From assembly GCA_032128875.1 (NCBI GenBank), contig JAVLKG010000003.1, positions 97,008-161,007 of the forward strand: 64,000 nucleotides of DNA. The letters run 5' to 3'. The position numbers and the translations under genes are program-made. Shown in pieces: positions 28,375 through 39,026 of this stretch (its first letter is position 1; every line of letters begins with the position of its first letter). Source of the DNA: Candidatus Melainabacteria bacterium 17Bon1m (lineage in GTDB: Bacteria > Cyanobacteriota > Vampirovibrionia > Obscuribacterales > Obscuribacteraceae). The notes beneath the pieces are model-generated. The model saw only the letters and a program-made list of their open reading frames with translations, did not search any database and had not been told where the DNA came from.

Positions 28375-29184
28375 TTACTGCTTTGCAGCTTCGACTGCTT
28401 TGTCTTTCTTGCCGCAGCAGTCTTCGGATTTGCTCATGGGCGCGCTGTTTTTGTCCATGGTGCCAGTAAACGGATCGTAGAGGGGAGTTTCGTCGTTGTG
28501 TTTTTCAGCTGGCGTTGGGCCTACACCGGGCGCCCATAGGCGAGTTTTCCAGTATTTCTTAATCGCTGGGCTAGGTTGCTCGAAAAATGGATATTTGGGA
28601 CCCCAGTTGAGATCCACAGCCTTCTGAATATCGGCTACTGATGAGCCTTTCTTGCTCATTTTGTAGGCCATTACAACCTCACCTTTGCAGTAGTTGCAAT
28701 CGACTCCGTGATCAGACGTGAAGCAGTCGAGCAAGGACACATGCTCATCTGTGTAGTCGCAGCCGCAATAGCAAAAAACCTTTTCTGCTATTTCAGGAAC
28801 GCGTTGAGCGGCAATATAAGCCATTTTTGTTTGTCCTATCCACTTTTCTGAGGTTAGGACTTTTTTGCCCAATGCCGAAAGCTTTTCGCCATTCTCTGTC
28901 GTTTCTAATGATTTTGTCGATGCTGTTTCCGCTGGCTTCTCATCGGAATCTGAAGCAACATCGGTAGTGGTCGAGGTCGTGCTTGTCTCTTTTGTTGTGT
29001 TTGTTGCAGTGGTGGTAGTCGTTGTGGTCGTTGTAGTGTTCGCTGTCGAAGTCGCAGCCGTCGTTGAGTCGCTGGTTTTCGTTTTACCGCATCCGGTCAG
29101 CGCAACGCATGAAAGCAGCAAAAGCAATGTGCCAGCTGTCAGTGACACAGCGGCACGCGATGAAATCTTTTCCGAAAAACTCAA
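28375..29184 (-). CDS. PCYCGC-motif lipoprotein with Thr-rich linker
   Basis: Lipobox LTG-C; poly-Thr tract; FCYCGC, SLLDCF, HGVDCNYC. Confidence 0.85.
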   Translation of the reverse strand: MSFSEKISSRAAVSLTAGTLLLLLSCVALTGCGKTKTSDSTTAATSTANTTTTTTTTTTATNTTKETSTTSTTTDVASDSDEKPAETASTKSLETTENGEKLSALGKKVLTSEKWIGQTKMAYIAAQRVPEIAEKVFCYCGCDYTDEHVSLLDCFTSDHGVDCNYCKGEVVMAYKMSKKGSSVADIQKAVDLNWGPKYPFFEQPSPAIKKYWKTRLWAPGVGPTPAEKHNDETPLYDPFTGTMDKNSAPMSKSEDCCGKKDKAVEAAKQ

Positions 29185-29382
29185 CTTAGACCCCCAAGAG
29201 GTTCTGAAATCTAGACTACATAAGACTTAGTTGTAACACACCGATTGTTTCCGGCATTCGGTGTATGTGCCTGTGCAATTTGCTCTGTGACAAAATGCTC
29301 GTTTTCTCTAGCTGCTGGGGCTAAAGGGGTTGTAATTTGGTAAGATCACCCTTCCTGGGTCCGCTCGCCCGAGTAATTCATC

Positions 29383-31281
29383 ATGCTGGAATTTGATGTC
29401 GTAGTAATCGGTGGAGGTCATGCTGGCGTTGAGGCTGCTAATGCGGCGTCTCGCCTGGGTCTCAACACGCTTATGTTGGCGGTAAATCTCGACACCATCG
29501 GCGCCATGCCCTGCAATCCGGCTGTTGGTGGTCCTGGCAAGTCGCACCTGGTGAAAGAAATTGATGCGTTGGGTGGCGTCATGGGCATTGCTGCCGACGC
29601 CACTTATTTGCAAATGCGAGTTTTGAATTCCAGTCGAGGTCCTGCCGTGCAGTCCTTGCGCGCACAGAGCGACAAGCGCGAGTATTCCGTGTGGATGAAG
29701 ACATACATGGAATCACTGCCCAATGTGACTCTGCGTCAGGGCATGGTCAAGTCCTTGATTTTAGAAAACGGCAAGATTGCCGGTGTTGAGCTAGCCTTTG
29801 GCGATCGCATCAAAGCAAAAGCTGTTGTTCTTTGTGCCGGCACGTTCCTTGAAGGAACGATTTGGATTGGTAAGGAAACAACTCCTGCCGGTCGGGCTGG
29901 AGAATTTCCCGCAGTTGGCCTTTCCTCGATGCTCAAGTCGATGGGTTTCCGCATGCCGCGTTTTAAGACTGGCACACCGCCTCGCCTTGATGGACGCACG
30001 ATCAACTATGCGGAATTGCCTGTCGTTCCTGGTGATGATTCGCCGCAGTTTTTCTCATTCCTCGACAATCGCCCCGTGCTTCCGCAAATTCCGTGCCATC
30101 AAACTCGGACTACCGAGCGCACGCATGAACTGATCAACGCAAACTTGCACGAATCGCCGATGTATTCAGGTTTGATCGATGCGAAAGGTCCGCGCTATTG
30201 CCCGTCTATTGAAGACAAAATTGTTCGTTTCGCCGATAAAGACAGCCATTCGTTGTTTTTGGAACCGGAAGGTCGCTCTACCTATGAAGTCTATCTCCAG
30301 GGTTGTTCGACAAGCTTGCCGGTTCACATCCAGCATGAGATCGTTCATTCGTTGCCAGGACTCGAAAACGCAGTCATGGTGCGCCCGGCCTATGCCGTTG
30401 AATATGACTATCTGCCTGCAGTGCAGTTTAACCACACATTGATGATGAAGGATTTGCCCGGATTTTTTGCTGCCGGACAAATGCTTGGAACGAGTGGATA
30501 CGAAGAAGCCGCTGCGCAAGGGCTTGTCGCCGGTATCAACGCAGCGCAGTACGTCAAGAATGAAGAACAGTTTGTTCTCTCACGCTCATCGAGTTATACC
30601 GGAACACTCATCGACGACCTTGTCTCCAAGGAAATCGGCGAGCCTTATCGCATGATGACTTCGCGTTCTGAGTATAGATTGTTGCTGCGCCAAGACAACG
30701 CAGATCAGCGTCTCACCCCGCTTGGTCGCGAGTTGGGCATGGTGGACGATCATCGCTGGGAACTGTTCGAGCGCAAGCAAAACGGCATGAAAGCTGAGCG
30801 CAAGCGCTTGAAAGAAACGCGCGTCCATCCATCGCCTGAGTGGGAAGCGGCTCTAGCACCGCTTGATGAGAAATTGAAGCAGGCGATGACCCTGGAAGAA
30901 ATTTTGCGCCGACCGAAAGTCCCTTACACGCTGATTGAACAGCTGGTGCCGGCCGATGCTGAGAAAACTTTTGAATGGTCGTTGGAAGTAGAAACCGACG
31001 TCAAATACGAAGGGTATATCGCGCGTCAAAAACATCAAGTCGAACAAGCTGAAAAACTCGACGGCGTGAAAATGCCAGCCGACATTGATTACATGGCAGT
31101 TGAGAATTTATCCAAAGAAGCGCGCGAAAAACTCAGCCGCATTCGCCCCGAAACTCTCGGTCAAGCCTCGCGTATGGGCGGTGTTTCGCCAGCCGATATT
31201 TCTGTTCTTCTGATCATTTTGGAATCGCGCCGCCGCTCTCGCCGTGGCGGAAAGCACAACGCATCCCCAGTTCAAGCGTAG
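29383..31281 (+). CDS. mnmG: tRNA uridine 5-carboxymethylaminomethyl modification enzyme MnmG (GidA)
   Basis: [65 protein letters not shown]. Confidence 0.99.
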   Translation: MLEFDVVVIGGGHAGVEAANAASRLGLNTLMLAVNLDTIGAMPCNPAVGGPGKSHLVKEIDALGGVMGIAADATYLQMRVLNSSRGPAVQSLRAQSDKREYSVWMKTYMESLPNVTLRQGMVKSLILENGKIAGVELAFGDRIKAKAVVLCAGTFLEGTIWIGKETTPAGRAGEFPAVGLSSMLKSMGFRMPRFKTGTPPRLDGRTINYAELPVVPGDDSPQFFSFLDNRPVLPQIPCHQTRTTERTHELINANLHESPMYSGLIDAKGPRYCPSIEDKIVRFADKDSHSLFLEPEGRSTYEVYLQGCSTSLPVHIQHEIVHSLPGLENAVMVRPAYAVEYDYLPAVQFNHTLMMKDLPGFFAAGQMLGTSGYEEAAAQGLVAGINAAQYVKNEEQFVLSRSSSYTGTLIDDLVSKEIGEPYRMMTSRSEYRLLLRQDNADQRLTPLGRELGMVDDHRWELFERKQNGMKAERKRLKETRVHPSPEWEAALAPLDEKLKQAMTLEEILRRPKVPYTLIEQLVPADAEKTFEWSLEVETDVKYEGYIARQKHQVEQAEKLDGVKMPADIDYMAVENLSKEAREKLSRIRPETLGQASRMGGVSPADISVLLIILESRRRSRRGGKHNASPVQA

Positions 31282-31286
31282 GGGCG

Positions 31287-31757
31287 ATGACTTCACGTCC
31301 TCCAGTTCCACCGTTTACGCTGGAAACAGCAGTGCAAAAAGTTCGCATGGCTGAGGATTCTTGGAACACTCGCGATGCTCACAAGGTTTCACTTGCGTAC
31401 ACAGAGGACAGTCAGTGGAGAAATCGCGCGGAATTCATCACCGGCCGTGAGCAGATCGTCGCGTTTCTCACCAGGAAATGGAATAAAGAACTCGATTACA
31501 GGCTAATCAAAGAGCTTTGGTCGTTTGAAGGTAATCGCATAGCCGTTCGTTTTGCCTATGAATGGCATGATGACTCGGGCAACTGGTTTCGCTCATACGG
31601 AAACGAAAATTGGGAGTTCAACGAAGACGGATTGATGGAAAGGCGTTTCGCATCGATCAACGACCTTCCAATTTTAAGCGAGGAACGAAAGTTCCACTGG
31701 GACTCATCTAATCCGCGACCTGCAGACCACCCCGGATTGAGCGAGCTTGGTCTTTAG
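31287..31757 (+). CDS. DUF1348 / NTF2 (SnoaL-like) family protein
   Basis: [49 protein letters not shown]. Confidence 0.92.
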   Translation: MTSRPPVPPFTLETAVQKVRMAEDSWNTRDAHKVSLAYTEDSQWRNRAEFITGREQIVAFLTRKWNKELDYRLIKELWSFEGNRIAVRFAYEWHDDSGNWFRSYGNENWEFNEDGLMERRFASINDLPILSEERKFHWDSSNPRPADHPGLSELGL

Positions 31758-31879
31758 AGTTCTTGTTGGCGCTGTTGTTCTAAATCAAGACGCAAGTCAT
31801 TTTTCTGTTGGTAAAAGCCCTTTTTCTGTTGGAAGGGTTTATACTGAAAGTGTTGTAATTTCTGTGGACGACAATTGCA

Positions 31880-31970
31880 ATGCCAGCACCGATGCCCGAA
31901 AAGCAATTTTTAAAGATAGTGAAAGGCGCGGGCTGCACCAGCGTACATACTGTTCTGGAGCAAGTTGTAA
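31880..31970 (+). pseudogene. Possible internally deleted hicA-like toxin remnant
   Basis: MPAPMPEKQFLKIVKGAGCT resembles HicA N-termini; an out-of-frame TAA (31968-70) overlaps the hicB ATG. Confidence 0.4.
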
Positions 31971-32548
31971 TGATCAAAAAAGAAGCAATTCAACGAACGG
32001 CTGTGTGTTTTTTTAGCTCGGAAGATGATGGGTATGTCGTTGCTTCTCCCCTGTTTGAAAATGTGATTGGGGTTGGTGATACTCCGGAGGACGCAAGGAA
32101 AACATACAACGAACTTTTAGACATAGGTTATAGGGAGCTTGAACGAGACAATGTTGTGGGCTACAAGCGGGGACGACCAGCAAAGGGCAATGTGAATTTG
32201 CATTGCCAGGTGAAGCCAGACACCCACAGCGAAATAGCAAGGTTGACTGAAAAGCTAGGCGGCATTAGTCAAGGCGAAGTGATCGAGTTTTTGCTCTTCT
32301 TCTACAACAACATTTCTGGTGAGGTTGTGGAGAAAGCGCTATCTACAAAGGTCGCAGTTCTGGGAGACAGAGTTGATCTTTTAGAGTCAGTAGTCAGCGA
32401 GTTGAAAGCCACTTATAGCAGTGTGACTAATGGCAAAACTGGAGTTGTGGGTGACCGTAATCTTATTAGTGAAGAGAACAACAGAAAAGTGAAGGCGAAA
32501 GGAGCTCAGGTTCGTGTTACAAAAAAACGACCTGCAATTCAGAAGTGA
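31970..32548 (+). CDS. hicB: HicB-like antitoxin with RHH-like DNA-binding region
   Basis: SEDDGYVVASPLFENVIGVGDTPEDA, GRP, VNLHCQVKPDTHSEIARL...SQGEVIEFL; GGAG before ATG 31970. Confidence 0.7.
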   Translation: MIKKEAIQRTAVCFFSSEDDGYVVASPLFENVIGVGDTPEDARKTYNELLDIGYRELERDNVVGYKRGRPAKGNVNLHCQVKPDTHSEIARLTEKLGGISQGEVIEFLLFFYNNISGEVVEKALSTKVAVLGDRVDLLESVVSELKATYSSVTNGKTGVVGDRNLISEENNRKVKAKGAQVRVTKKRPAIQK

Positions 32549-32583
32549 CGTTCAGCTTCGTATGGTGTGTGCCTGTACCGCGA

Positions 32584-34014
32584 TCACATAAGTATGCCCT
32601 GGAACGGAGCAGCAGCCATTCTCAAAAGCACGTTTGTTGTTGACGCTTGCAGCGATTCACGTGCGTGCTCAGGGTGTTCTGCTCGATAGGATGCGAATCC
32701 GCGATCCATGAAGCGCACGTCTTCCGGATCATCACCTTGCGTTCCTGTGCCGCCGTAGCCCAAGAAGCCAGGGTGACCCCAGCGCGGATCGGGACTGTAT
32801 TGGAAACGACCGGCTTGCTCGCGCAGGTATTGTTCGCTAAATCCTGATGCACGTCCGAGATAGCCGTATTGCCAGTTCCCGTAGGCTTCGTATTCCATAT
32901 TGGTCACATTGTTGCCTTGTCCGGTGGTCTTCGGATCCCAGTCTCCACCATCGAATAGGCTTCTCATCTGTAGAGAAACAGCGGCGCTGCCGGCAACTGG
33001 GGCGAATTCCGTTTGGGTTCTAAAGCTCGCTGCGCGATCCAGATTTCTCTGCATGTCCAGGTTCGCTGGAACTTCGCTAATCATTTGCGTTCTCAAAGCC
33101 GCTCTGACTTGGTCAGAACTTGCATCAAGTCGATTGCCGGCTGCGTCGGTTACAACGCGCGAGTCTGCTGTTTTTCCTGATGTCACTGTCATACCGTTGT
33201 TAAGCTCGCGTCGAGCGAATTGGGGTGAGTCCGGCTGGTCATAATTGTTGACGAGGACATTGCCACTTCTGTCCGCATTGACCGTATAATTGCGACCAAG
33301 CTCTCGGCCATTGCGATCTACAGCGGAGTAAAGGGGCTTGCCGTCGCTGTTGCGTTGATTGTTGAAGGAGTAGGTAACGCCGGAGCCATCGGTGTAACTG
33401 CGCACCATTGCACCGTTCTCATTGCGTTCCAATATTAGGTTCCGGCTTCGGCCTCCGCGATCTTCGATGGAAATGTTTTCTAAGTTTCCCTCAATTCGGC
33501 GAGTAGTCTTGCCGCCATTAACTGCTGCATAATCAGTGGTTTCAGTGCCATCTGCAGTTGTGGTTCGCACTATGCCGGTCTCACGATCCTTCATGCGGAC
33601 AGCGCCATTTTGGTCGAATCGAAGCATTACCCCTTCAGTCTGTGCGGGGTTTCTCGCATTGGAATAGTGGTCGCCACGGCGAGTGTATTCATTTCCATTG
33701 ATGTCGACAAAGCGAGTTATGTCATTGCCGCTGCGCTCTATCGTCGGTCTCGCTATTCTGTCATGAGACTGAAATCTTTCAAGAAGAAATGTTTGGGCGA
33801 TTCGACTTTCTTGTAAGAGCGAGTCGAAAAGCTCAAAACGAGGCAAATGTTGCGCGCTTAGGTTTGCCTCGCGTATTTCGGTGTTCCGCAGCAAGCTGTT
33901 GTGCGAGCTCGTCGCCTGGGCAAGCTCCTGCCACCAGGCATTGGTGTTGTCGTCGCGGGAATTATCGGGACGAACACTTTCGTGCCGCTCGCGTTGGGAG
34001 TCTCTTTCAACCAT
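32584..34014 (-). CDS. Protein with C-terminal polymorphic toxin type 44 (Ntox44) domain
   Basis: GGDWDPK ... YEAYGNWQYGYLGRASGF..L...AG..Q ... GDDPED...MDRG; beta-rich repeat-like middle region. Confidence 0.85.
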   Translation of the reverse strand: MVERDSQRERHESVRPDNSRDDNTNAWWQELAQATSSHNSLLRNTEIREANLSAQHLPRFELFDSLLQESRIAQTFLLERFQSHDRIARPTIERSGNDITRFVDINGNEYTRRGDHYSNARNPAQTEGVMLRFDQNGAVRMKDRETGIVRTTTADGTETTDYAAVNGGKTTRRIEGNLENISIEDRGGRSRNLILERNENGAMVRSYTDGSGVTYSFNNQRNSDGKPLYSAVDRNGRELGRNYTVNADRSGNVLVNNYDQPDSPQFARRELNNGMTVTSGKTADSRVVTDAAGNRLDASSDQVRAALRTQMISEVPANLDMQRNLDRAASFRTQTEFAPVAGSAAVSLQMRSLFDGGDWDPKTTGQGNNVTNMEYEAYGNWQYGYLGRASGFSEQYLREQAGRFQYSPDPRWGHPGFLGYGGTGTQGDDPEDVRFMDRGFASYRAEHPEHARESLQASTTNVLLRMAAAPFQGILM

Positions 34015-34153
34015 TTTGGTAAGTTTCGAACGAGTAGGAGCGATGGAAATTGCCTACATCGTATGGAACAAGTTGGAAATATTGCGGGAGAACGTCTTCA
34101 CAGCGGTCGACGCCATGCGTCGACCCTACAGGAGCTTAGCGGCAGAACAGTAC

Positions 34154-35026
34154 TTAGCGTTTAATTACTTCGACCGAGCACTCGGAGCGTTCGGCAATTG
34201 CTTCGGATACGCTGCCGATGAGCATTCTGTCCACCCAGCCTTTGCCTTTGCAGCCGCTTACGATAAGGTCTGCGTTGAATTTCTTTGCGCCGTCAACGAC
34301 AACATCACGCGGATCGCCTTGCAAGATTTCAAACTCAACCGAGGCTTTAGGTAGTTTCGTCCGGAGCAGCTCGCAGACTTGCTTTAAGTGCACTTCGGCG
34401 TCGGCGATTTGCTTGTTTCTGAACGTCTCCAGCGCCTGTATTTCGTGCGTGTCTTGCGCTTCGTTCATGTATTCTGCAAGGCTGGGAATGGCTGTTGTGC
34501 ACTTAATGTGCGTCCCTTCTTTCCATGGACGCGAGCCGATTCTCTCGACGACGTGGTCGGAAAATGGGGAATCGTCGAGGGCGAGATAAACCCTTGTTTC
34601 TCCTTCCTTTGCTTGCTTGTTATTTCTCACGACTCTGACCGAGCAAGTTGCTGTGACAACCAGTGAATGTGAAACTGAGCCCATCATCACCTTCTTGATG
34701 CCTCTCAGTCCACGGGAGCCGACGATGAGCAAGTCTGCCGGCCAGCGTTCGGCATATTGCAGAATTTCTGATTTCGGGTTGCCCTGGCTTACTGTGCCGA
34801 TGATGTGCGCGCCTTGCGGCATTTTTTCTTTTAAAATTCCCACTGCATGGTCGACTACTGTTTGCGCCGAAGCAAGCATTCTTTGCACCGTAGGCGGTGG
34901 CGAAAACGAAGTGTCTACTACGCTGAGAATCTGAAAGGACGCATTGTCAGGCCAGGGTGAGCGAAGTGTTTCATTTATCGCGGCTTCGGAATGTTCGGAC
35001 CCATCACAGGCGAGCAGGATTTTCAT
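34154..35026 (-). CDS. Tandem-domain universal stress protein
   Basis: MKILLACDGSEHS, DLLIVGSRGLRG..MGSVS, second domain DLIVSGCKG..IGSVS...CSVEVI. Confidence 0.95.
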   Translation of the reverse strand: MKILLACDGSEHSEAAINETLRSPWPDNASFQILSVVDTSFSPPPTVQRMLASAQTVVDHAVGILKEKMPQGAHIIGTVSQGNPKSEILQYAERWPADLLIVGSRGLRGIKKVMMGSVSHSLVVTATCSVRVVRNNKQAKEGETRVYLALDDSPFSDHVVERIGSRPWKEGTHIKCTTAIPSLAEYMNEAQDTHEIQALETFRNKQIADAEVHLKQVCELLRTKLPKASVEFEILQGDPRDVVVDGAKKFNADLIVSGCKGKGWVDRMLIGSVSEAIAERSECSVEVIKR

Positions 35027-35112
35027 TTCAAACCTCGATGAAGTTGCGGATCAGAACCATTAGGTCGGCGAAAATGGAAGTTGTAAGGGCGTTTTCGAAC
35101 TGCGGTGCGCAG

Positions 35113-36768
35113 CTATGTGGTTTGCGGCTGTGGTGCTGGTGTCATTCTGTACATCAGCGCTGTCGCGTCCGGACCGCAGCTCTTGAATTGTTCCAGCCCC
35201 TCAATCTCGAAAACCTTACCTGCGCGCTGCATGTCATCTCTGATTGTTGCCAGGTAGAGCCTGGTGGAGTGGTCTATTAATCCCAGCGAGGGCATGCAAT
35301 GCACAACGACCCTTTTCACGTGCTCTGGAATTGTATCGAGAATGGTGCGGGCTTTTAAAGAGTTGAAACAATGAAAAGTGTCTCCGACGTAGACGTCCAT
35401 GACATCGCCTTCGATTTCGGTTTTTTGAATCGGAGAACGCGCCAGCGCGCCCATACTTAAGCCTGCCTTTTTGGCGTAATACAGAAGGACAAATGCTTCG
35501 AGGAGCATTCCTGCGCTAATGCCGAGCATGAGGTCTGAGATTAGCGTCACGAAGATGGTGACTGAGAAAATCGCCAGGTCGGCTCCGCCCAGCTTGATCA
35601 TGCTGCGCCATTTGTGGACGCCTGCCAGTTTGTAGCCAATATGCATGAGAACGGCGGCGAGTGCAGCAACCGGAATCATGCGGATAATGTTGCCTGCAAA
35701 CAGGAGAAAACCGATGAGAAATAGAGCGTTGTAGAAGTTGACCCAAGCGGTTCTGCCGCCGGAAACAATGCAGGTAGTGCTTTTGATTATGCCGGGGATG
35801 ATAGTGAGGCCCCCGACCAGGCTGGAGCAAATGTTGGAGACGCCCATGGCAAATAGGGTTCTGTCCGGATCGGACTTTCGGTGAAAAGGATCGATTCGAT
35901 CTACAGCTTGCACGGTCGCCAACGATTCTGTGCCGTCGACAAATGTGAGCATGAAAATGAAGAGGATGACTTGAGGCAGCATGGGCAGCGCTTTTAATAA
36001 GTCCTGAAAGTCGGGGAAGGCAAAACCATGCTCGATCAAATTGTCAGGGATCTTGACGAGAAATTGCGGCTCCAAGTGATAGAGATGCCCTAAAACTGCA
36101 CCTACTGCTACAACCGTGAGCTGCGGCGGAATGTACTTGAGTGGTCCGCGCCTTAATGAAGTTAGTTGGAAAAGCAAGAGTAGGCAAATTACGCCAATTG
36201 AGAATACGCTCGGATTGAGGTGATTGGCGATTTCAGCTGGTGTTTCGAAAATTACTGGAAAGAAGTCGTGTGCGAGGAATTTGCTGCCGACGAAGTTTGG
36301 GATTTGTTTGGAAAACAATAGAAAGCCGATCGCGGCGAGCATTCCGTGAATCGCAGCCATTGGGAACATGCGGCTGAACTTGGCTGCTTTTAGCCAGGTC
36401 AAAATTATCTGAGTAACGCCAGCAAGCATGATTACACAAAGCACGACATGGTAGCCGCGCTCCATGTCACCTTTGCCAAGGTCAGTGATCGCTGTGAAAA
36501 GGACAGGCGCAAGACCTGCGGCGGGACCGCAGATAGAGACGTAGGAGCCGCCCAGGAATGGAAAGATGAGCCCGGCGATGATTTCTGAGGTAAGCCCGCA
36601 AATTGGCGGTGCTCCGGAGGCGAGGGCGATGCCGAGTGAGAGCGGCACGCTGACGAGGGCGACGACGAGCGCGGCCAGAACGTCATGCCGCCAATGCTTC
36701 AAGCCCGCCAAGCCGTTTTGTGGTGGCGCCTGATAAAGCGGCGGCCGCACTTTACTTGCTGTTTCCAT
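35113..36768 (-). CDS. SulP/SLC26 family anion transporter
   Basis: VALVSVPLSLGIALASGAPP, GPAAGL, ESLAT..AVD, STAS-like C-terminus (IDHS). Confidence 0.93.
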   Translation of the reverse strand: METASKVRPPLYQAPPQNGLAGLKHWRHDVLAALVVALVSVPLSLGIALASGAPPICGLTSEIIAGLIFPFLGGSYVSICGPAAGLAPVLFTAITDLGKGDMERGYHVVLCVIMLAGVTQIILTWLKAAKFSRMFPMAAIHGMLAAIGFLLFSKQIPNFVGSKFLAHDFFPVIFETPAEIANHLNPSVFSIGVICLLLLFQLTSLRRGPLKYIPPQLTVVAVGAVLGHLYHLEPQFLVKIPDNLIEHGFAFPDFQDLLKALPMLPQVILFIFMLTFVDGTESLATVQAVDRIDPFHRKSDPDRTLFAMGVSNICSSLVGGLTIIPGIIKSTTCIVSGGRTAWVNFYNALFLIGFLLFAGNIIRMIPVAALAAVLMHIGYKLAGVHKWRSMIKLGGADLAIFSVTIFVTLISDLMLGISAGMLLEAFVLLYYAKKAGLSMGALARSPIQKTEIEGDVMDVYVGDTFHCFNSLKARTILDTIPEHVKRVVVHCMPSLGLIDHSTRLYLATIRDDMQRAGKVFEIEGLEQFKSCGPDATALMYRMTPAPQPQTT

Positions 36769-36974
36769 GAATAGTCTTCCCGGGGTGCTTTAGAACGTGC
36801 ATTAATTTGTGCCAGACGTGCATTGGTACGGACGAATGAGGCTAATGTCCTCGTCCAATCTTGGCGGCTATGAAGTTCGTTTCGGAGATTCGGTCTATCC
36901 TGAAACCAGCCAGGGCCTAAGGAGATGCTAGCAATCAGATGTGATCGCCCGGTGATCGGTTCATCAAGACGATA

Positions 36975-37658
36975 TCAATTTTCCGGGCTTGTGTTGAGTC
37001 GATAGCCTTGTCCATGGACATTGACTATGATTTCCGGCTCGTTTTCGTCGTGCAACTTCTTCCTGAGCGTTTTAATATGAGCGCGAACAGTATCCTCCGA
37101 GGCATCCGGGGAGTCCGTCCACAGAGTGCGTAGTTGATCGAGAGAGAAAATGCGTTCGGGGTTCTTCAAAAACATCGTAAGCAAGCCGATTTCCTTTTTG
37201 CTTAGCTTCACTTCGCTGCCGGATTTCTTCACAGTGAGAGTGGCAGGATCAAACTCGATATTCGCGCAACGGAGTACTTTCTCTGTCGTCGGCTTGGCTG
37301 CTCGGCGCAGTAGAGCTCGGACTCGCGCCAATAGTTCGCGTGTGAAAAATGGCTTGCCTAGATAGTCGTCGGCTCCGGCATCCAGTCCGGTGTGAATGTC
37401 CTCTGATTTTGTTTTCCCTGTGAGCATTAGCACTAGTGCTGTCCCGCCCGCTTTTCGATATTCTTTGCAGATTTCCACTCCAGGCATGGATGGCAACATC
37501 CAGTCGCAAATGATCAAATCGTATGAGTAGGAAAGCATGCGGTGCAGCCCGTCTTTCCCGTCGTGCGCCTCTTCCGTCGTATGATTTTCGGAACGCAGCG
37601 CTTGTGAGACCAGTTTGCAATGGTCTTCATCGTCTTCAATGATTAGAATCTTTGCCAT
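36975..37658 (-). CDS. OmpR-family response regulator
   Basis: ILIIEDD, DWMLP, GLDAGADDYLGKPF, winged helix ending VHGQGYR. Confidence 0.95.
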   Translation of the reverse strand: MAKILIIEDDEDHCKLVSQALRSENHTTEEAHDGKDGLHRMLSYSYDLIICDWMLPSMPGVEICKEYRKAGGTALVLMLTGKTKSEDIHTGLDAGADDYLGKPFFTRELLARVRALLRRAAKPTTEKVLRCANIEFDPATLTVKKSGSEVKLSKKEIGLLTMFLKNPERIFSLDQLRTLWTDSPDASEDTVRAHIKTLRKKLHDENEPEIIVNVHGQGYRLNTSPEN

Positions 37659-37676
37659 GGGATTAGTTCGCTACAA

Positions 37677-38351
37677 TCAGCCTGTAAACCTGTATCCGAA
37701 GCCATGCACATTTTGAATCAGTGACTCTTCCTCGGGACTGTCGAGTTTTCTGCGCAGGTTTTTTATGTGAGTTCGAACGGTGTCCGGCGCAGCTTCTTCT
37801 TCTGCTACCCATACGTGATTCAGCAAATCATCGAGGCTGAAGACGCGATCTTTGTTGCGCATGAAAAATTCCAGCAGGGCAAATTCTTTTACTGTTAGTT
37901 CAATTGCTGCACCATATTTGGTGACCGAACGTTTTCCTTCGTCGAGTACAAGACCCTTGGTTTTCATAACCTGAGCTTGCAAAGGTCTTTGTGCTCGCCC
38001 GACAAGCGATCGGACTCTCAATGTTAGCTCTTTCAAGTGAAAGGGTTTCGTCAAATAGTCGTCTGCCCCGGAATCAAGCCCCTGGACTTTCTCTGCGGGC
38101 AATGAGCGGCCCGTCAACATGAGGATGGCGGCATTTTCGCCTGATTGTCTTAGCTCTGTGCAAAAGTCGACACCAGTGCCGTCGGGAAGGCCCCAATCCA
38201 GTACGATAAGGTCGAATTTTCTATCTTTCAGAGACCGACGCGCGTCGGCGATAGTTGAGCAACTTGTGACTTCGTGTCCCTCGTGCTCAATGGCTCGCTG
38301 AATCTCGGATAGTAACGTTTCGTCGTCTTCTACAAGCAATATGTTAGGCAT
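37677..38351 (-). CDS. OmpR-family response regulator
   Basis: ILLVEDD, DWGLPDG, GLDSGADDYLTKPF, VRTHIKNLRRKL, VHGFGYR. Confidence 0.95.
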   Translation of the reverse strand: MPNILLVEDDETLLSEIQRAIEHEGHEVTSCSTIADARRSLKDRKFDLIVLDWGLPDGTGVDFCTELRQSGENAAILMLTGRSLPAEKVQGLDSGADDYLTKPFHLKELTLRVRSLVGRAQRPLQAQVMKTKGLVLDEGKRSVTKYGAAIELTVKEFALLEFFMRNKDRVFSLDDLLNHVWVAEEEAAPDTVRTHIKNLRRKLDSPEEESLIQNVHGFGYRFTG

Positions 38352-38428
38352 GGCTCGGTGTTTAAGATTTCGGCAATTTGCCTATTCTCGCACACCTGCC
38401 ATGCCCTCCATTTTCTCCCCAAAGCTTG

Positions 38429-38920
38429 TTAATAATTGAAAGTCTTCGCCAGCGAGTTCCAGGCGCGGTCGTACCAGTGTTCTTCTTGTTCTTGCTGGGC
38501 TACGTACGCGGCTTTCTTCTGGGCGACTTTGTCCTCAAATGCCTCATCTTGCTGGACTCCGAAATCCAGTACTCCATCTTCCTTGTCATGGGCTTTGGCT
38601 GCAGCTAGTTTCGCATCGATAACTGCTTGCTCTTCCTTCTTTTGAATGATTGCCTGTTCTTCCTTTTTCGCGATTATCGCTTGTTCTTCCTTTTGTTGAA
38701 CTATGGCAGCGGCCTGTTTTTCTTTGACTGCTGACCCGGCAAGAAGGTGACCTTCTTCATCGGTGAGCTGCATGGTGCCGAGTTGTTGACTTGCTGTATC
38801 AGTCGCATTCATTTTTTTCAGGTAGACGGCTCTAGACTCTTCCGGAGTCATTGCGCTGAAATTTGCAGAATCTTCTTTTGCTAGAACATTTTTCTTTTCA
38901 ATAATTTCGAGATTGTTCAT
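38429..38920 (-). CDS. Hypothetical protein with KEEQAII repeats
   Basis: AGGAG before ATG 38920; KEEQAII/KEEQAVI repeated three times. Confidence 0.75.
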   Translation of the reverse strand: MNNLEIIEKKNVLAKEDSANFSAMTPEESRAVYLKKMNATDTASQQLGTMQLTDEEGHLLAGSAVKEKQAAAIVQQKEEQAIIAKKEEQAIIQKKEEQAVIDAKLAAAKAHDKEDGVLDFGVQQDEAFEDKVAQKKAAYVAQQEQEEHWYDRAWNSLAKTFNY

Positions 38921-39026
38921 GAAGGCTCCTTCTGCCAAGCAACGCAATAAGCAGGCTGAATGCTCATTGCATTGCCGACAGTTAGTAAATTGGAAGGGGG
39001 CGGGTGGGTTGCCTTGTGCTTACAAA

